Positions 37,125-52,589 of a stretch of 64,000 bases of DNA are shown here, one piece after another (within the stretch, counting starts at the first letter, position 1; each line of letters starts with the position of its first letter). The notes below the pieces were generated by a model. It made no database searches. It was not told where the DNA came from and was given only the letters and a program-made list of their open reading frames with translations. Position numbers and translations under genes: made by a program. The DNA is from Octopus sinensis (Eukaryota): the NCBI RefSeq assembly GCF_006345805.1, contig NC_043014.1, positions 7,440,001-7,504,000 of the forward strand, read 5' to 3'.

Positions 37125-38945
37125 ATTTTTTTACTACCAACAAGGGGCTAAACACAGAGGGGACAAACAAGGACAGACAAACGGATTAAGTCGATTATAT
37201 CAATTCCAGTGCCTAACTGGTACTTATTTAATCGACCCCGAAAGGATGAAAGGCAAAGTCGACCTTGTTGGAATTTGAACTCAGACCGTAACGGCAGACG
37301 AAATACCTATTTCTTTACTACTCACAAGGGGCTAAACATAGATGGGACAAACAAGGACAGACAAAGAGATTAAGTTGATTAAATCGACCCCAGTGCGTGA
37401 CTGGTACTTAATTTATCGACCCCGAAAGGATGAAAGGCAAAGCCGACCTCGGCGGAATTTGAACTCAGAACGTAACGACAGACGAAATACGGCTACGCAT
37501 TTCGCCCGAGGTGCTAACGATTCTGCAGTGACGCACATCATATGCAAACACACCCGTTCTAACATGGGAAACAAGCGCCACAATTAATACAGACTCCCAC
37601 CTTCATCCTCCACTCACACACACACACACACACAGACAGAGGCCAGGCCTGCATAAACATTCACTCATACACACCTACATACCAGGCAAGAATGGACAGC
37701 AATAAACTCACACACACACATGAGCTAACATATGCTGGTACACACACACATGACTACATATGTTCAAATTACTGTGTGAAGTCAATTAGAACGGATGCTA
37801 TTGTTGCTCGTTAAGCTACCTCTCTGATATTCACCATCAATGCATTCCATTGATGGATTTACCAGCTGCAAGAGGAGAGTTTTACGGCTGAGTGATTTTG
37901 ATGGTTAATTCAGATTTAAATAATCCTTTCTACTATAGGCACAAGGCCTGAAATTTGGTGGGAGAGATACAGTTGATTATATCAAACCCCAGTACACAAC
38001 ATAGAGGGGATAAACAAAGACATTAAGTCGATTACATCGACCCCAGTGCATAACTGGTACTTAATTTATCGACACCAAAAGGATGAAAGACAAAGTCGAC
38101 TTTGGCTGAATTTGAACTCAGAATGCAAAGACCTGAAATATTGCAAAGCATTTCACCTGGCGTGCTAACAATTCTTGTTTCTTTATTACCCATAAGGGGC
38201 TAAACATAGAGAGGATAAACAAAGACATTAAGTCGATTACATCGACCCCAATGCATAACTGGTACTTAATTTATCGACCCCGGAAGGATGAAAGGCAAAG
38301 TCGACCTCAGCGAAATTTGAACTCAGAACGTAACGGCAGACGAAATACCTATTTCTTTACTACCCACAAGGGGCTAAACACAGAGAGGACAAACAGGGAC
38401 AGACAAACGGATTAAGTCGATTATATCGACCCCAGTGCATTACTGGTACTTATTTAATCGACCCCGAAAGGATGAAAGGCAAAGTCAACCTCAGCGTAAT
38501 TTGAACTCAGAACGTAACGGTAGACGAAATACCTATTTCTTTACTACCTACAAGGGGCTAAACACAGAGAGGACAATCAAGGACAGACAAACGGATTAAG
38601 TCCATTACATCGACCGCAGTGCATAACTGATACTTATTTAATCGATCCTGAAAGGATGAAAGGTAAAGTCGACCTTGGCGGAATTTGAACTCAGATCATA
38701 AAGACGGACGAAATACCTATTTCTTTACTACCCACAAGGGGCTAAACACAGAGAGGACAAACAAGGACAGACAAATGGATTAAGTCGATTACATCGATCC
38801 CAGTGCATAACTGCTACTTATTTAATCGCTCCGAAAGAATGAAAGGCAAAGTCAACCTTGGTGGAATTTGAACTCAGAACGTAACGGCAGACGAAATACC
38901 ACTAAGCATTTCGTCCGGTGTGCTAACGTTTCTGCCAGCTCACCA
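37125..38945 (-). mobile_element. SINE family B arrays (2 units at 37125-37530; about 5 units at 38000-38945)
   Basis: About 184-bp head-to-tail units with the same junction. Confidence 0.72.
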
Positions 38946-39636
38946 CTTCAATTCTATGATGCAAAGTTCTTGTTTTAGAGCAGTTAAAATAATAACTGTT
39001 ATCCGTCAGAATTTCATGTTAATTTTTGTTCTAAACCCCAGCTAAATAAGTGGCAAAATTATTTTACTAAATTCCTTGTTGTTATTTTTAAAATCAATTA
39101 AAATGGAAATGGTGTATAAAGCAGAAATATTGTAACAAAAGGGTTAACTTGATTTAAATTAAAATCTTCTCCATCAAAATTTCTTGTTAATTTTTGCTCC
39201 AAACCCCAGCTAAATAACTGGCAAAATTATTTTGACGGCATTCCTTCAATTATTTCAAAGTTAGATGAAACAAAGGCAGCTATTTTCAACAGAAATATTG
39301 TAACAAAAGAATTAAACTTAGAGGGCTGTGTGGTAAGTGGCTTTCTTACCAATCACATGGTCCCGGGTTCAGTCCCACTGCGTGGCACCTTGGGCAAATA
39401 CCCCCAACTATAGCATTGGACTGACCAAAGCCTTGTGAATGGATTTGGTAGGCAGAAACTGAAAGAACCTGTCATGTATATATATATATATATATATATA
39501 TAGTAAACCTTTACATAAATAAATAACGTGAAATACACGAAGGGACGAACAAAAAAGCAAACGGGTCATTCAAAGCCTTCATTCTTCAGTCAGAAACTGA
39601 TCCCTCATCGCAGATTTCGGCTGTTTAATTCTGATA

Positions 39637-40904
39637 TTAGGTTGTCAAGAAAATTCTTGCGGAATTTTTAATTTTGTATTTTCAAATTAATTACTTTGAC
39701 TTTATATATCATTTTAAAGCCCGTTTTTCGTTCTATCTAATCGTGTTACTCTTTTTCTTTTTGAATAATTAGGCCTTTTTTTTCCGGAAAGTTGAAAACA
39801 GCATGAGCAAAAAGCAAATTCGCATAATTTTCTTATTCCAGTTCAAGCTAGGCCGAAAAGCTGCTGAAACAGTTCGTGATATCAACGATGCATTTGGCCC
39901 AGGAACCACTAATGAACGTACAGCACAATGGTAGTTCAAGCTATTTCGTAGCGGTGACGAGAGTCTTGAAGATGATAAGCGTAGTGGTTGGCCATCGGAT
40001 GTTGACAACGATCAACTAAGGGCCTTACTCGAAGCCAATCCACGCACAACTGTTCGAGAGCTTGCTTCTGAATTAGACATAATGTATACAACAATTTCCA
40101 ACCACTTGAAAGAGATTGGAAAGACAAAAATACTTGAGAAATGGGTTCCACACGAATTGAACGACAACCGGAAAACAAAAAAAAACGACGTTTTCAAGTG
40201 TTGTCTTCCCTTCTTTTACGCAACAAGAATGACTTGTTTCTCGACCGGATTGTGACTTGCGATGAAAAGTGGATTCTTTACGACAACCGTTGACACTCAG
40301 CTCAGTCGTTGGATGCCGACGAATCTCCACGGCACTTCCCGAAGCCAAAGTTGCACCAAAAGAAAGTCATGGTGACTGTTTGGTGGTCTGCGGCTGGTCT
40401 CATCCATCACAGCTTTTTGGATCCAGGCAAAACCATTACGGCAGAGAATTACTGTCAGTAAATGGATGAAATGCATAAGAAACTCCAACAACAACAGCCA
40501 GCATTGGTCAATAGAAAAGGACCAATTCTCCACGACAACACTCGGCCGCACGTCGCACAACTGACCCTGCAGAAGTTGAACAAATTGAGCAACGAAACTC
40601 TGCCTCATCCACCGTACTCACCAGACCTCTTGCCTACTGACCACCACTTTTTCAAGCATCTCGGCAACTTCCTGCGTGAGAAATGCTTCAAAAACCAAGA
40701 CAATGCTAAACACACCTTCAACGACTTCATCGCCACCAGAACGCAGGATTTTTATGCTACTGGCATAAATAAACTTGTTTCGCGTTGGCAAAAGTGTGTT
40801 GATTCTGATGGTGTTTATTTCAATTAATAAAGTTTTGTTTTAGCCGAGATATGTGCATCTGAATTTAAAGGTTAAAAACCACAAGAACTTTCTTGACAAC
40901 CTAA
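39637..40904 (+). mobile_element. Full-length (1268 bp) decayed mariner transposon, Hsmar1/cecropia-like
   Basis: TA TSDs; TIRs ttaggttgtcaaga.aattcttg / caagaactttcttgacaacctaa; transposase 39803-40827 with WVPHEL, TCDEKWILYDN, LHDNTRPH and HPPYSPDL.PTDHHFF (DD34D); 3 stops and at least one frameshift. Confidence 0.95.
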
Positions 40905-40973
40905 TATATATATCATCATCATCATCATCATCATCGTTTAATGTCTGTTCTCCATTAAACGATGATGATGATG

Positions 40974-41008
<35 letters not shown>

Positions 41009-41012
41009 ATAT

Positions 41013-41054
<42 letters not shown>

Positions 41055-41569
41055 GTTTGTGTCTGTGTCTGTCCCCCCACCCTAGCTTGACAACTGATGT
41101 TGGTGTGTTTGCATTCTGTAACTTAGCAGTTCGGCAAAAGAGACTGATAGAATAAGTACTATGCTTACAGAGAATAAGTGCTGGAGTCGATTTGTTTGAC
41201 TAAATGCGGTGCTCCAGCATGGCCGCAGTCAAATGACAGAAGCAACTAAAAGAATATGAAATGAAATTTCCAAGTTTTTTTTTTTTCCCTCTAGAAATAT
41301 TCTGTGATAAAAATATCAACAAGACAGACATCTTTTGGTGTGGGATTATGAAAGTATAATTGAATATTATAGCTGATCTCAGGTCATCTGTATTCAACCA
41401 TTGGTAACCTTTCATAAATGTTTTATTTCCTGTGCACAGGAATTACCAGACAGCAATATGTACTTCATACAAAACGACAATAAATATAATCAGCTGATGA
41501 AATGAGCTTTTTTTGGATTGATAATAAAATCAGAATCAATTTCTCTGATGATTTGCGATAGAATACATA

Positions 41570-41947
41570 TCTCTTCTCTCTATATATAAACGGCAGTTTG
41601 TCTGTCTGTGTGTCTGTGTGTCTGTCAGGTTGTACCCTCACCCTGACCACGGCTTTCAACCGATTCTGATGAAACTTGACACACACATAGCCCAATGTCA
41701 TAATTCAAAACTAACGCAGCGAAAATTTTGAAAAGTTCCCCTAGTTCTGAAAAAAATCGATAAATTCGACATGGGGTCGAGAATCAGAAACACAAACCAC
41801 AGACTGTCTAGGGGACGCAACTCGACCATTTTAACTCTCAAAAAAAATTTACCATCATTTTTTTCCCATTTTTTGGCTATAACTCTCTAAAAATGCTTTA
41901 TAGTTATTTCCCCTACAAACCCGAGCAACGCTGGGCGATACTGCTAG
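41570..41947 (+). mobile_element. Non-autonomous Helitron, family H2
   Basis: A|TC...ctctatatataaacggc...aaacccgagcaacgctgggcgatactgCTAG|T. Confidence 0.8.
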
Positions 41948-42929
41948 TTCTTGCTAAATCAACAAGCCAGACATTTTGTTTAGCATTTAGTTAAAGGAAA
42001 GGAAGTCATCGAAAACCCTTTACTGGAGCTCAGAATCTGGTGGTGGTGGTGGTGGTGGCAGAGGGGAATCTATTCTCAGGTGCTTGTGATAGATGGAACC
42101 CTCAATTAATTTATAAAAAAAAAAATTTTATCTTCCTATTGACACATAAAATAGAGACTTCTTTCTGAATTCTTGGAATTTCTAAACAACCATCTTGGTG
42201 ATGTGTTCCTTCCTTCTCAAGCCCTGCCTGGCTCATAAGGGCCATTTTCCCGGTTTCCTTGGAGTATAGGTTCCCCACCTGGACAGGATGCCGGTCTGTC
42301 GCAGGTGAGCTGCAAGATGCAGGAGGAAAGAGTGAGAGAAAGTTGTAATAATAATAATAATGAAATTATTGTATACAGTGTTCAGGTGCACCACAACTTG
42401 TCAGAAAGTGCGTATAAAGTACATGCAGTAATGTAAAAATGTCTGGAAAGCGAACAATGTATGAGTCAGATACATGCTTGTGTGTGTATGGAGGGGAGAA
42501 AATCAGGTGTAGTGTTGGCGATTCTCAGAAAGCATGGGAGTTTTGAAGGATGCAGTGCTCCGACAACTAACAACTGATGCCGGCAGTTTGTTCCATGCTT
42601 CAGTAACTCTCAGCGTGAAAAAATGTTTCCTGAAGTCATGGGAGCTGTGCTGTTTTCTGACTTTGTAAACATATCCATGGGTGTTAGATGGGTGGAGTTC
42701 GAAAATGTGCTCAGACTTATTGTTTGTACGATGGTTGTGGCGAAAGAGTCAGCAGAAGTTCGCCACTACCTTCTGCCGGAGCCGCAAGAAGCTTAGGTTG
42801 TTCGCTCATAAACACACACATCGCCCGGTCTGAGATTAGAACCCGCGATCCCTCGACCGTGAGTCCGCTGCTCTAACCACTAGGCCATGTGCCTCTCACT
42901 CTTGGTCATATGTAGGTGGACATTGTGAT

Positions 42930-43470
42930 CAGGAACATTTATATTCTGAGACCTCCTTTGGTCACGACACAGACCATGGGATTGCACCTAGAAAGTTACC
43001 TTCCTAGGCACAAGTCAGGGCAAGGTTGTTTATGGAAGACCAGCAGTTGCACATCCCCTCTCTACGCCACCAGTGCTATCCAAAGGAAAGGCAAAGGGGC
43101 CGATACAGCTTGGCACCAGTGATGTCACAACTGATTTCTACAGCTGAGTGAAGAGGAGCAACATGTAATAAAGTGTCTTGCTCAAGAACACAACACGCAG
43201 CCCAGTCCAGGATTCGAGCTCACAACCTCATGATCATAAGCTCCAGGCAAGGTTGTTTATGGAAGGCCAGCATTCACCCATGCATACGGCCTCCCCTCTC
43301 CACGCCACCAATGTTATCCAAGGGAAAGGTAAAGGGGCCGATACAGCTTGGCACCAGTGATATCACAACTCATTTCTACAGCTGAGTGAACTGGAGCAAC
43401 GTGAAATAAAGTCTCTTGCTCAAGAACACAACACGCTGCCCGGTCCGGGATTCGAACTCACAACCTCACA
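42930..43470 (-). mobile_element. tRNA SINE family D, two tandem copies
   Basis: Repeated ggagcaac.tg.aataaagt.tcttgctcaagaacacaacacgc...gattcga.ctcacaacc; related copy at 62030-62190. Confidence 0.6.
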
Positions 43471-44109
43471 ATGCACCTTCACAATGCCATGCACCTTCAC
43501 AATGTATTTATGATGTTGATGATGTGGCTGGTGGTGGTGGTGGTGGTGGTGATGATTACGATTATGATGATGATGATGTAGCTGGGGTGATGGTGCTATA
43601 GAGGAGGTACATGGTTACCCAGGTGGCGAGCTGGCAGAACCATTAGCACGCCGGGCGAAATGCGTAGCCGTATTTCGTCTGCCGCTACGTTCTGAGTTCA
43701 AATTCCGCCGAGGTCGACTTTGCCTTTCATCCTTTTGGGGTCGATTAAATAAGTACCAGTTATGCACTGGGGTCGATGTAATCGACTTAATCCGTTTGTC
43801 TGCCCTTGTGTTTAGCCTCTTGAGGGTAGTAAAGAAATAGTTACATGGTTACCCAGCCAGAAACAAAGAGTAGAGAGAGGGGGGAAGGAAAGGAAGAGAG
43901 AAGGAGGGAAAGTGAGAGAATAAAGTAGAAAAAAACCCCAAAAAGCAATGCATAACGTATCATCCTAGGATGAGCGTAGACTGCTTCCACTAACGAGCTA
44001 CGTGATGAGGGGGAGAGATAATGAATGAAAAACTCAGCAATGGGCATGGTCTGTTGATAAACATTACTGCCATCACAGGTGATTGATGATGTTATTTGTT
44101 GTTGGGTGT

Positions 44110-44125
44110 AACTAATGGTGATGAG

Positions 44126-44158
<33 letters not shown>

Positions 44159-44379
44159 GGTGGTGGTTGTGGTGGTGGTGGTGGTTGTGGTGGTGATAAC
44201 GATAATGATGACGATGGCAATGATGCTGATGAATGATAATGTGGCTGGGGTAGGTACTGATGGTGGTGATGATGATGATGTTGGTGACAAAGCTGATGAT
44301 GATGATGATGAAGCTAGTAGTGGTGGCGGGTGGTGATGATGATGATGAGGCTGGTGGTGATGATGATGATGATGATGAC

Positions 44380-44411
<32 letters not shown>

Positions 44412-44475
44412 CGACGATGATGATGAGGCTGGTGGTGGTGGCGGGTGGTGATGATGATGATGAGGCTGGTGGTGA

Positions 44476-44508
<33 letters not shown>

Positions 44509-45017
44509 TGATAATGTAGCTGGGGTAGGTACTGATGGCTATAATGATGATGATGAGGCTGGTGGTGGTGGTGGTTATGCCACTGCTGCTGCTGCTGATG
44601 ATGACAACGACAATTATGATGATGATGATGATGATGAGGCTGGTGGTGGTGGAGGTGGTGGTGCTGATGATGATGACAATGAACCCAGGTGACCATGCAG
44701 GACAAAGGTTGTGTTTATGTCTCTGTTCCACTCCCTTACCCACACCCATGCCCACCCCCACCTCATCCGACCTCTCCCACTCCCAAACCCATTCCACACA
44801 CACACACACCTTCCTTCCCCACCTCCCGCTTCCCTTGTTCTTCTTTCATTCTTTTGTTTCACCCATGTGGGAATTGGTTGGGTGTGTTTAGGGTGGGGTG
44901 GGGGGTGTTAGTGAGTATTAATGCATAAGGGAAGTAGAGGGGGTGGTAGTCATAGTGAAAATGGATGTAGAGGTAGAGGATGATGATGATGACGATGATG
45001 ATGATGATGATGATGGC

Positions 45018-45057
<40 letters not shown>

Positions 45058-45222
45058 CGATGATGATGATGATTATGATGATGATGATGATGATGAATGA
45101 TAATGTGGCTGGTGATGATGATGATGGTGATGAGGAGGCTGGTGGTGGTAGGTGGTGATGATGATGATGCTGATGATGATGATGATGGCAATGATGATGA
45201 TGATGAGGACGATGATGAGGAC

Positions 45223-45259
<37 letters not shown>

Positions 45260-45280
45260 GCAATGATGATGGCGGCTTGT
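44110..45280. repeat. (GAT)n/(GGT)n low-complexity block with internal duplications
   Basis: Repeated atgaatgataatgtggctggggtaggtactgatgg cassettes within trinucleotide tracts. Confidence 0.9.
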
Positions 45281-45456
45281 AATAAAAGCAAAGACACATC
45301 AATCACACATGCAGAAATGCCTGATGGTTATAATTTGGATCACTTTAACCCTTTTGTTGCCATATCTTTGTTGAAATACACAAACTTTGTTTCAATTAAT
45401 TCCGAAACTTACGAAGAACTCAGTAATATAATTTTGTGATTAATAGCCTGAGATAA

Positions 45457-46115
45457 GGCTGCGAGCTGGCAGAATCGTTAGCACACCGGACGAAATGCGT
45501 AGCCGTATTTCGTCTGCCGCTACGTTCTGAGTTCAAATTCCGCCGAGGTCGACTTTGCCTTTCATCCTTTCGGGGTCGATTAAATAAGCACCAGTTACGC
45601 ACTGGGGTTGATGTAATCGACTTAATCTGTCTGTCCTTGTTTGTCCTCTCTGTGTTTAGCCCCTTGTGGGTAGTAAAGAAATAGGTATTTCGTCTGTCGT
45701 TACGTTCTGAGTTCAAATTCCATCGAAGTCGACTTTACCTTTCATCCTTTTGCGGTCGATAAATTAAGTACCAGTTATGCACTGGGGTTGATATAATTGA
45801 CTTAATCCATTCATCTGTCCTTGTTTGTCCTCTCTGTGTGTAGCCCCTTGTGGGTAGTAAAGAAATAGGTATTTCGTCTGTCGTTACGTTCTGAGTTCAA
45901 ATTCCATCGAAGTCGACTTTACCTTTCATCCTTTTGCGGTCGATAAATTAAGTACCAGTTATGCACTGGGGTTGATATAATCGACCTAATCCGTTTGTCT
46001 GTCCTTGTTTGTCCTCTCTGTGTTTAGCCCCTTCTGGGTAGTAAATAGGTGTTTCTGAGTTCAAATTCCACCGAGGTTGTCTTTCATCCTTTCGGGGTTG
46101 ATAAATTAAGTACCT
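45457..46115 (+). mobile_element. SINE family B tandem array (about 4 units)
   Basis: Head-to-tail units; two adjacent units share diagnostic variants (catcgaagtcgactttacc). Confidence 0.72.
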
Positions 46116-46459
46116 AATTTACAATATGTGCATTTAACAGATATTTGTCCTCATCTTGTTTGTTGCTATCACAACGTTTTAGCTGATATACACTCCAACC
46201 TTGATCAGGTGATTTAGGGAAATATATATGTTTCTTTATTACCCACAAGGGGCTAAACATAGAGGGGACAAACAAGGACAGACAAACGAATTAAGTTTGC
46301 ATAGACCCCAGTGCATAACTGGTACTTTATTCATCGACCCCGAAAGGATGAAAGGCAAAGTCGACCTCGGCGGAATTTGAACTCACAACGTAACGGCAGA
46401 CGAAATACGGCTACACATTTCGCCCGGCGTGCTTTTAGAGAAATATATAGATGGACAGC

Positions 46460-47030
46460 AACGATGATGATGTGGATAATGATGATGATGATGATGATAA
46501 GGAAGAGGAGGAGGAGGAGAAAGTGGAGGAGAAGGAGCATGATAATGAGGAAATGTTGCTGCTGTTAATGTTCTGCTGCTGAAGCAATATGCAAAGGTGA
46601 CTATGATATCAATGGCGGCGATGTTGGTGGTGGCGGCGTTGGCGGCGGTGGTGTGGCGGTGGTGGCGGCGGTGGTGGTGCCGGTGGTGGCGGTGGCGGCG
46701 GTGGCGGTGGCCGGTGGCGGTGGTGGTGGTGGCGGCGGTGTGCGGCGGTGGGGTGGTGGTGGTGGCGGCGGCGTGGCGGCGGCGTGTGGCGGTGGCGGTG
46801 GCGGCGGTGTGGTGGCCGGTGGTGGGCGGTGTGGCCGGCGGTTGCGGTGGCGGTGGTGGTGGTGGCGCGGTGCGGCGGTGCGGTGCGGTGGTGGTGGCGG
46901 CGGCGGTGGGGATGAATATGATAATGATGCTAGCAATAGCAACAATGATGATGATTATGATATTGATGGCGTTGGTGGGGGGGGGAGGTGCCGCTGCTGA
47001 CATGATAAAGGTGGTTATGATGATGAATGC
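46460..47030. repeat. (GGC/GGT)n GC-rich low-complexity block
   Basis: Degenerate trinucleotide array with its core at 46615-46910. Confidence 0.9.
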
Positions 47031-47314
47031 AGATGATCTTCCGAGGCTGACATTACACATACACACACACCACATAAGTATGTATTATGTATGTATGTAT
47101 GTATATATATATATATGTGTGTGATGTATATATATATGTATATATATATGGTATATATATATATATATACTGTGTGTGTGATTCTCTAATATATAGTTAT
47201 ATATATATAATATATATATATATATAGTATATGTATATATGTATATATATATGTGTATATACATATATATACTATATAAACATATATATATACATATATA
47301 CATATATATATATC

Positions 47315-47348
<34 letters not shown>

Positions 47349-47908
47349 ATATATATTGTGTGTTGTATATCTATATATAATATTATATATATACTATATG
47401 TATATATGTATATATCTATATGTGTATATACATATATACATATATACATATATATCGTATTTATATATAATATATATATATATATAATATATATATATAT
47501 ATGACTGGCCTGGTGCAGCCTTCGGGCTTCCCAGACCCAGTTGAACCGTCCAACCCATGCTAGCATGGAAAGCGGACGTTAAACGATGAGATGATGATGA
47601 TGATGATGGTGGTGGGGTGTATACACACATATATAGCCTCCCGTTCTCTCACCACTCCTCATTTGCACCTCCTCAACACCCCTGAATGCCACCCCCCACC
47701 CCCACATCACGGCACACACCTTTCCCTTCTTCTCTTGTTTCGTTCTTTTGTTTTTCTGTTGTGTGAATGGGTTGTATGTGCATGGGTGCACGAGGTGGGG
47801 GGTGGGTATGAATACATATGGGAATATATGCTCACCACTATACACTCACTCATCTATGCCTGTGTGTATGTATGTATGTATGTATTATATGTATATACAT
47901 GTTTTTTG

Positions 47909-47942
<34 letters not shown>

Positions 47943-47949
47943 CTATATA

Positions 47950-47986
<37 letters not shown>

Positions 47987-48149
47987 CACATATGTTATAC
48001 ACGTGCATGTGTATATGTATATATATATATGTATATGTACATATTGTGTAAATATATATAGAGAGAGAGAGGTGAGACAAATATGTATGCACACAGACAC
48101 ATACATATATACACATCCATGCATATATAGATACATATATATATATATG

Positions 48150-48218
<69 letters not shown>

Positions 48219-48709
48219 CCATACATATATATATATATTATAGAGAGAGAGGAGAGAGAGAGAGATGGGAGATGACGGATAAATAAAAATACATGTATAT
48301 ATGTGTGTGGTGTAATATATATATATCTATATTATATATATATACATATATATATAGATTCATATATATATATCTATATATATTATATATATATGGATAT
48401 ATATATATGGATATATATATATGCATATATACACTCACACACATATACATATGCATGTATTTTGTTTTAATACGTTTTTTTTTTCACAGCACTTAATTAG
48501 ATGCTGGACCATATGGTTTCTTTGTAGTTAATTAGCCGACCATATTAGTCGTACATGCATACCCACAGCACCCTGCATACACCTAATGAATAAGCTTTTG
48601 TCAGCCCTGGGAACATGTGTTGTTGTTGTTGTTGTTGTTGTTGCATGTGGTTTCCAGATCAGTCCTCATTATAACAGACCTAATTAAAACCATTCTAGCT
48701 ATGAATATA

Positions 48710-48748
<39 letters not shown>

Positions 48749-49469
48749 ATATATATATATATATATTATATATATATATATTATATATATATATATACAT
48801 GTATATATATACATAGGCCACTTGGTGTTGAATAGATATACTATAAATTAGTATCTAATTCTCTCACCCTTATTAATTAATTACATATATATATATATAT
48901 ATATAATATATATAACTGTATATATATATATATAACATATATACACACACCATATATATTATATATACACATATATGTACATATAATATATATATATATA
49001 TATATTGATATATGTGTATATATATATTATGTATATATATACCTACATGTGTGTATATATATATATATGTGTGTGTGTAATATATATATATTATATATAT
49101 ATATACACACACACCATATATATTACTGTATATATATATATATATATATATATGTGTGGGTGTTTGTGTGTGTGTGTATTTATATATATGTGTGTGTGTG
49201 TCTGTGTTTGTAGCCCCACATTTGCTAGACAACTGATGTTGGTGTGTTTATGTCCCCATAACTTAGCAGTTCAGCAAAATAGACCAATAGAATAAGTACT
49301 AAACTTACAAAGAATAAATCCTGGGTTCGATTTCTTTGACGAAAGATGCTACTCCAGCATGGCCACAATCGCATGTCCGAAACAAGTAAAACAATATGAA
49401 ACTATGCAATCTTAATCCTGAGCAACACCAGGTATCTACGCTAGTATATTTATATATATTCTTTTCTTT

Positions 49470-49880
49470 TTCTTTTCTTTTCTTTTACTTGTTTCAGCTA
49501 TTTGACTGCGGCCATGCTGGAGCACCGCCTTTAATCGAGTAAATCGACCCCGAGACTTATTCTTTGTAAGCCCAGTATTTATTCTATTAGTCTCTTTTTG
49601 ACGAACCACTAAGTGACGGGGACGTAAACACACCAGCATCGGTTGTCAAGCAATGCTAGGGGGACAAACACAGACACACAAACACACACACACACATATA
49701 TATGCACATATATACATATATACGACAGGCTTCTTTCAGTTTCCGTCTACCAAATCCACTCACATTGGTTGGCCTGTGGCTATAGCAGAAGACACTTGCC
49801 CAAGATGCCACGCAGTGGGACTGAACACGGAGCCATGTGGTTGGTTAGCAAGCTACTTACCGCACAGTCACTCCTGCGCC
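49470..49880 (-). mobile_element. SINE family A
   Basis: Full structure; partial opposite copy at 49200-49400 and another copy at 52080-52425(-). Confidence 0.78.
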
Positions 49881-50908
49881 TATATATACATACATACATA
49901 CATACATATATATACATATATATCACCTGGCTTGCCAGTCTTCAGTCAAAACATGCTAGCATCGAAAGCAGATGTTAAACGATGATGATGATGATGATAC
50001 ACTGAGGATGCTTAGATAATCATCATCGTCATCGTTTAATGTCCGTTTTCCATGCTAGCATGGGTTGGACGGTTCGGCAGGGGTCTGGGAAGCCAGGAGG
50101 CTGCACCAGGCTCCAGTCTTGACCTGGCAGTGTTTCTACAGCTGGATGCCCTTCCTAACGCCAACCACTCCATGAATGTAGATAATATATATTTATATGA
50201 TGGGCTTCTCTCAGTTTCCATCTACCAAATCCACTCATGAGCCTTTGGCTGGCCCAAGGCTATAGTAGAAGCTACATGCCTGAGGTGCCATGCAGTGGGA
50301 CTGAACCCTGAACTGTGTTGTTGGGAAGTAAACTTTTACCACACAGCTACACTTATACATACATACATACATACAAAACATACATACATACATACATATA
50401 ATATATATATATATATACACACACACATATATATGTATGTATGTATGTATGTGTGTGTGTATATATATATCTACAATGGAAATTGTAAGCTGTGATACCA
50501 GTGCTGGTGGCATGTAAGTGAACCTTCCGAACGTAGCCGTTGTCAGCCTCGCCTAGCCCCTGTACCGGTGGCACCCACTACACTCATGGAGTGGTTGGCG
50601 TTAGGAAGGCATCCAGCTGTAGAAACATTGCCAGATCAGACTGGAGCCTGGTGCAGCCTTGTTACTTATTTATTGATGATGATGATGATGGTATATATAC
50701 AGTAAACCCTTTTGAATGTTGGGCCTCACAGAGGCAATGATGAATGACCAAGACCTTTGGCCTTGTGTCATGCTTGAGAAGAGGACCCATCAAGCCAAGT
50801 AAAATCACAGTTGGGGCAGATACTGGTGTCACGCGAATGGCACCTGTGCCAGTGGCACGTAAAAGCACCCAATACACTCTTGGAGTGGTTGGCGTTATGA
50901 AGTAAGTT

Positions 50909-51237
<329 letters not shown>

Positions 51238-52589
51238 AAATATTTTCAAGTGAAAAAATTTTCAGATTTTTTTCTCTTATGAGGTTTTTCACGCTAACTA
51301 CCTGATAATTTCTTATTAAGATTTTATCCTTAATTGCTATATATATTATATATATATATCTGCACACTGTAGAAACATTGCCAGATCAGACTGGGCCTGG
51401 TGGAGCCTTCCGGCTTCCCAGACCCCAGTTGAACCGTCCTACCCATGCTAGCATGGAAAACGGACGTTAAACGATGATGATGATGATGATATGCACTGAT
51501 GCACATGTGAATAAGTGTAACAATTCTCCAGAGTGCATATATTCGTTGTTTAATATCCCATTAATACGAACGAATGCTTGGTTCCTTTGAAGTGGGTCTT
51601 TTTTTAATTTTTTTTTTTGAAGAGCAGATGATGAAGATGAGGAATTGTATGGGAGGGGGTGGAATAGAGTGGGATGGGGTGCGGTAGAGGTTCTGAAGAC
51701 ATGATGTTTCTGGAATGCTTTATAGAGTGTGTTATTTTTTTATGGGGCTGGGGGGGGGGTATTAGAGACAGACAACCTGAGGTAGATAAATAGACAGACA
51801 CACAGACTGATAAATAATCAGATATACACACTTTTATAGGCACAAAAGATTTGCATAAACCATGACCATCACCAGCTAACGTCCCTGTTAATTATAATAT
51901 GCGTGCAGATATATATACATATAGACATACACAGACACACACACACATATATATATATATATAATTATATAAATATTTACACTCACACACACACACATCA
52001 TCATCATCATCATCATCATTTAGCGTCCGTTTTCCATGCTAGCATGGGTTGGACGGTTCAACCGGGGTCTGGGAAGCCCGCCTTTAGTCGAGCAAATCGA
52101 CCCCAGGACTTATTCTTTTGTAAGCCCAGTACTTCTTCTATCGGTTTCTTTTGCCGAACCGCTAAGTAACGGGGACATAAACACACCAGCATCGGTTGTC
52201 AAGCAATGCTAGGGGGACAAACACAGACACACAAACACACACACGCATACATATATACATATATACGACAGGCTTCTTTCAGTTTCCGTCTACCAAATCA
52301 ACTCACAAGGCTTTGGTCGGCCCGAGGCTATATTAGAAGACACTTGCCCAAGGTGCCACGCAGTGGGACTGAACCCGGAACCATGTGGTTGGTAAACAAG
52401 CTACTTACCACACAGCCACTCCTGCTTAACTTTTCTTTCAACATACTTACACTCTGTCGATCATGCACAGACATACATATATTCATATTCATTTCTTACC
52501 TAGCATCTGCTACACAAGTATACTACTAAAGCATTCTTTTACAACCAAATGCTCTTACTGTCACCAACACTTACCTGTTTTTCAAATAA

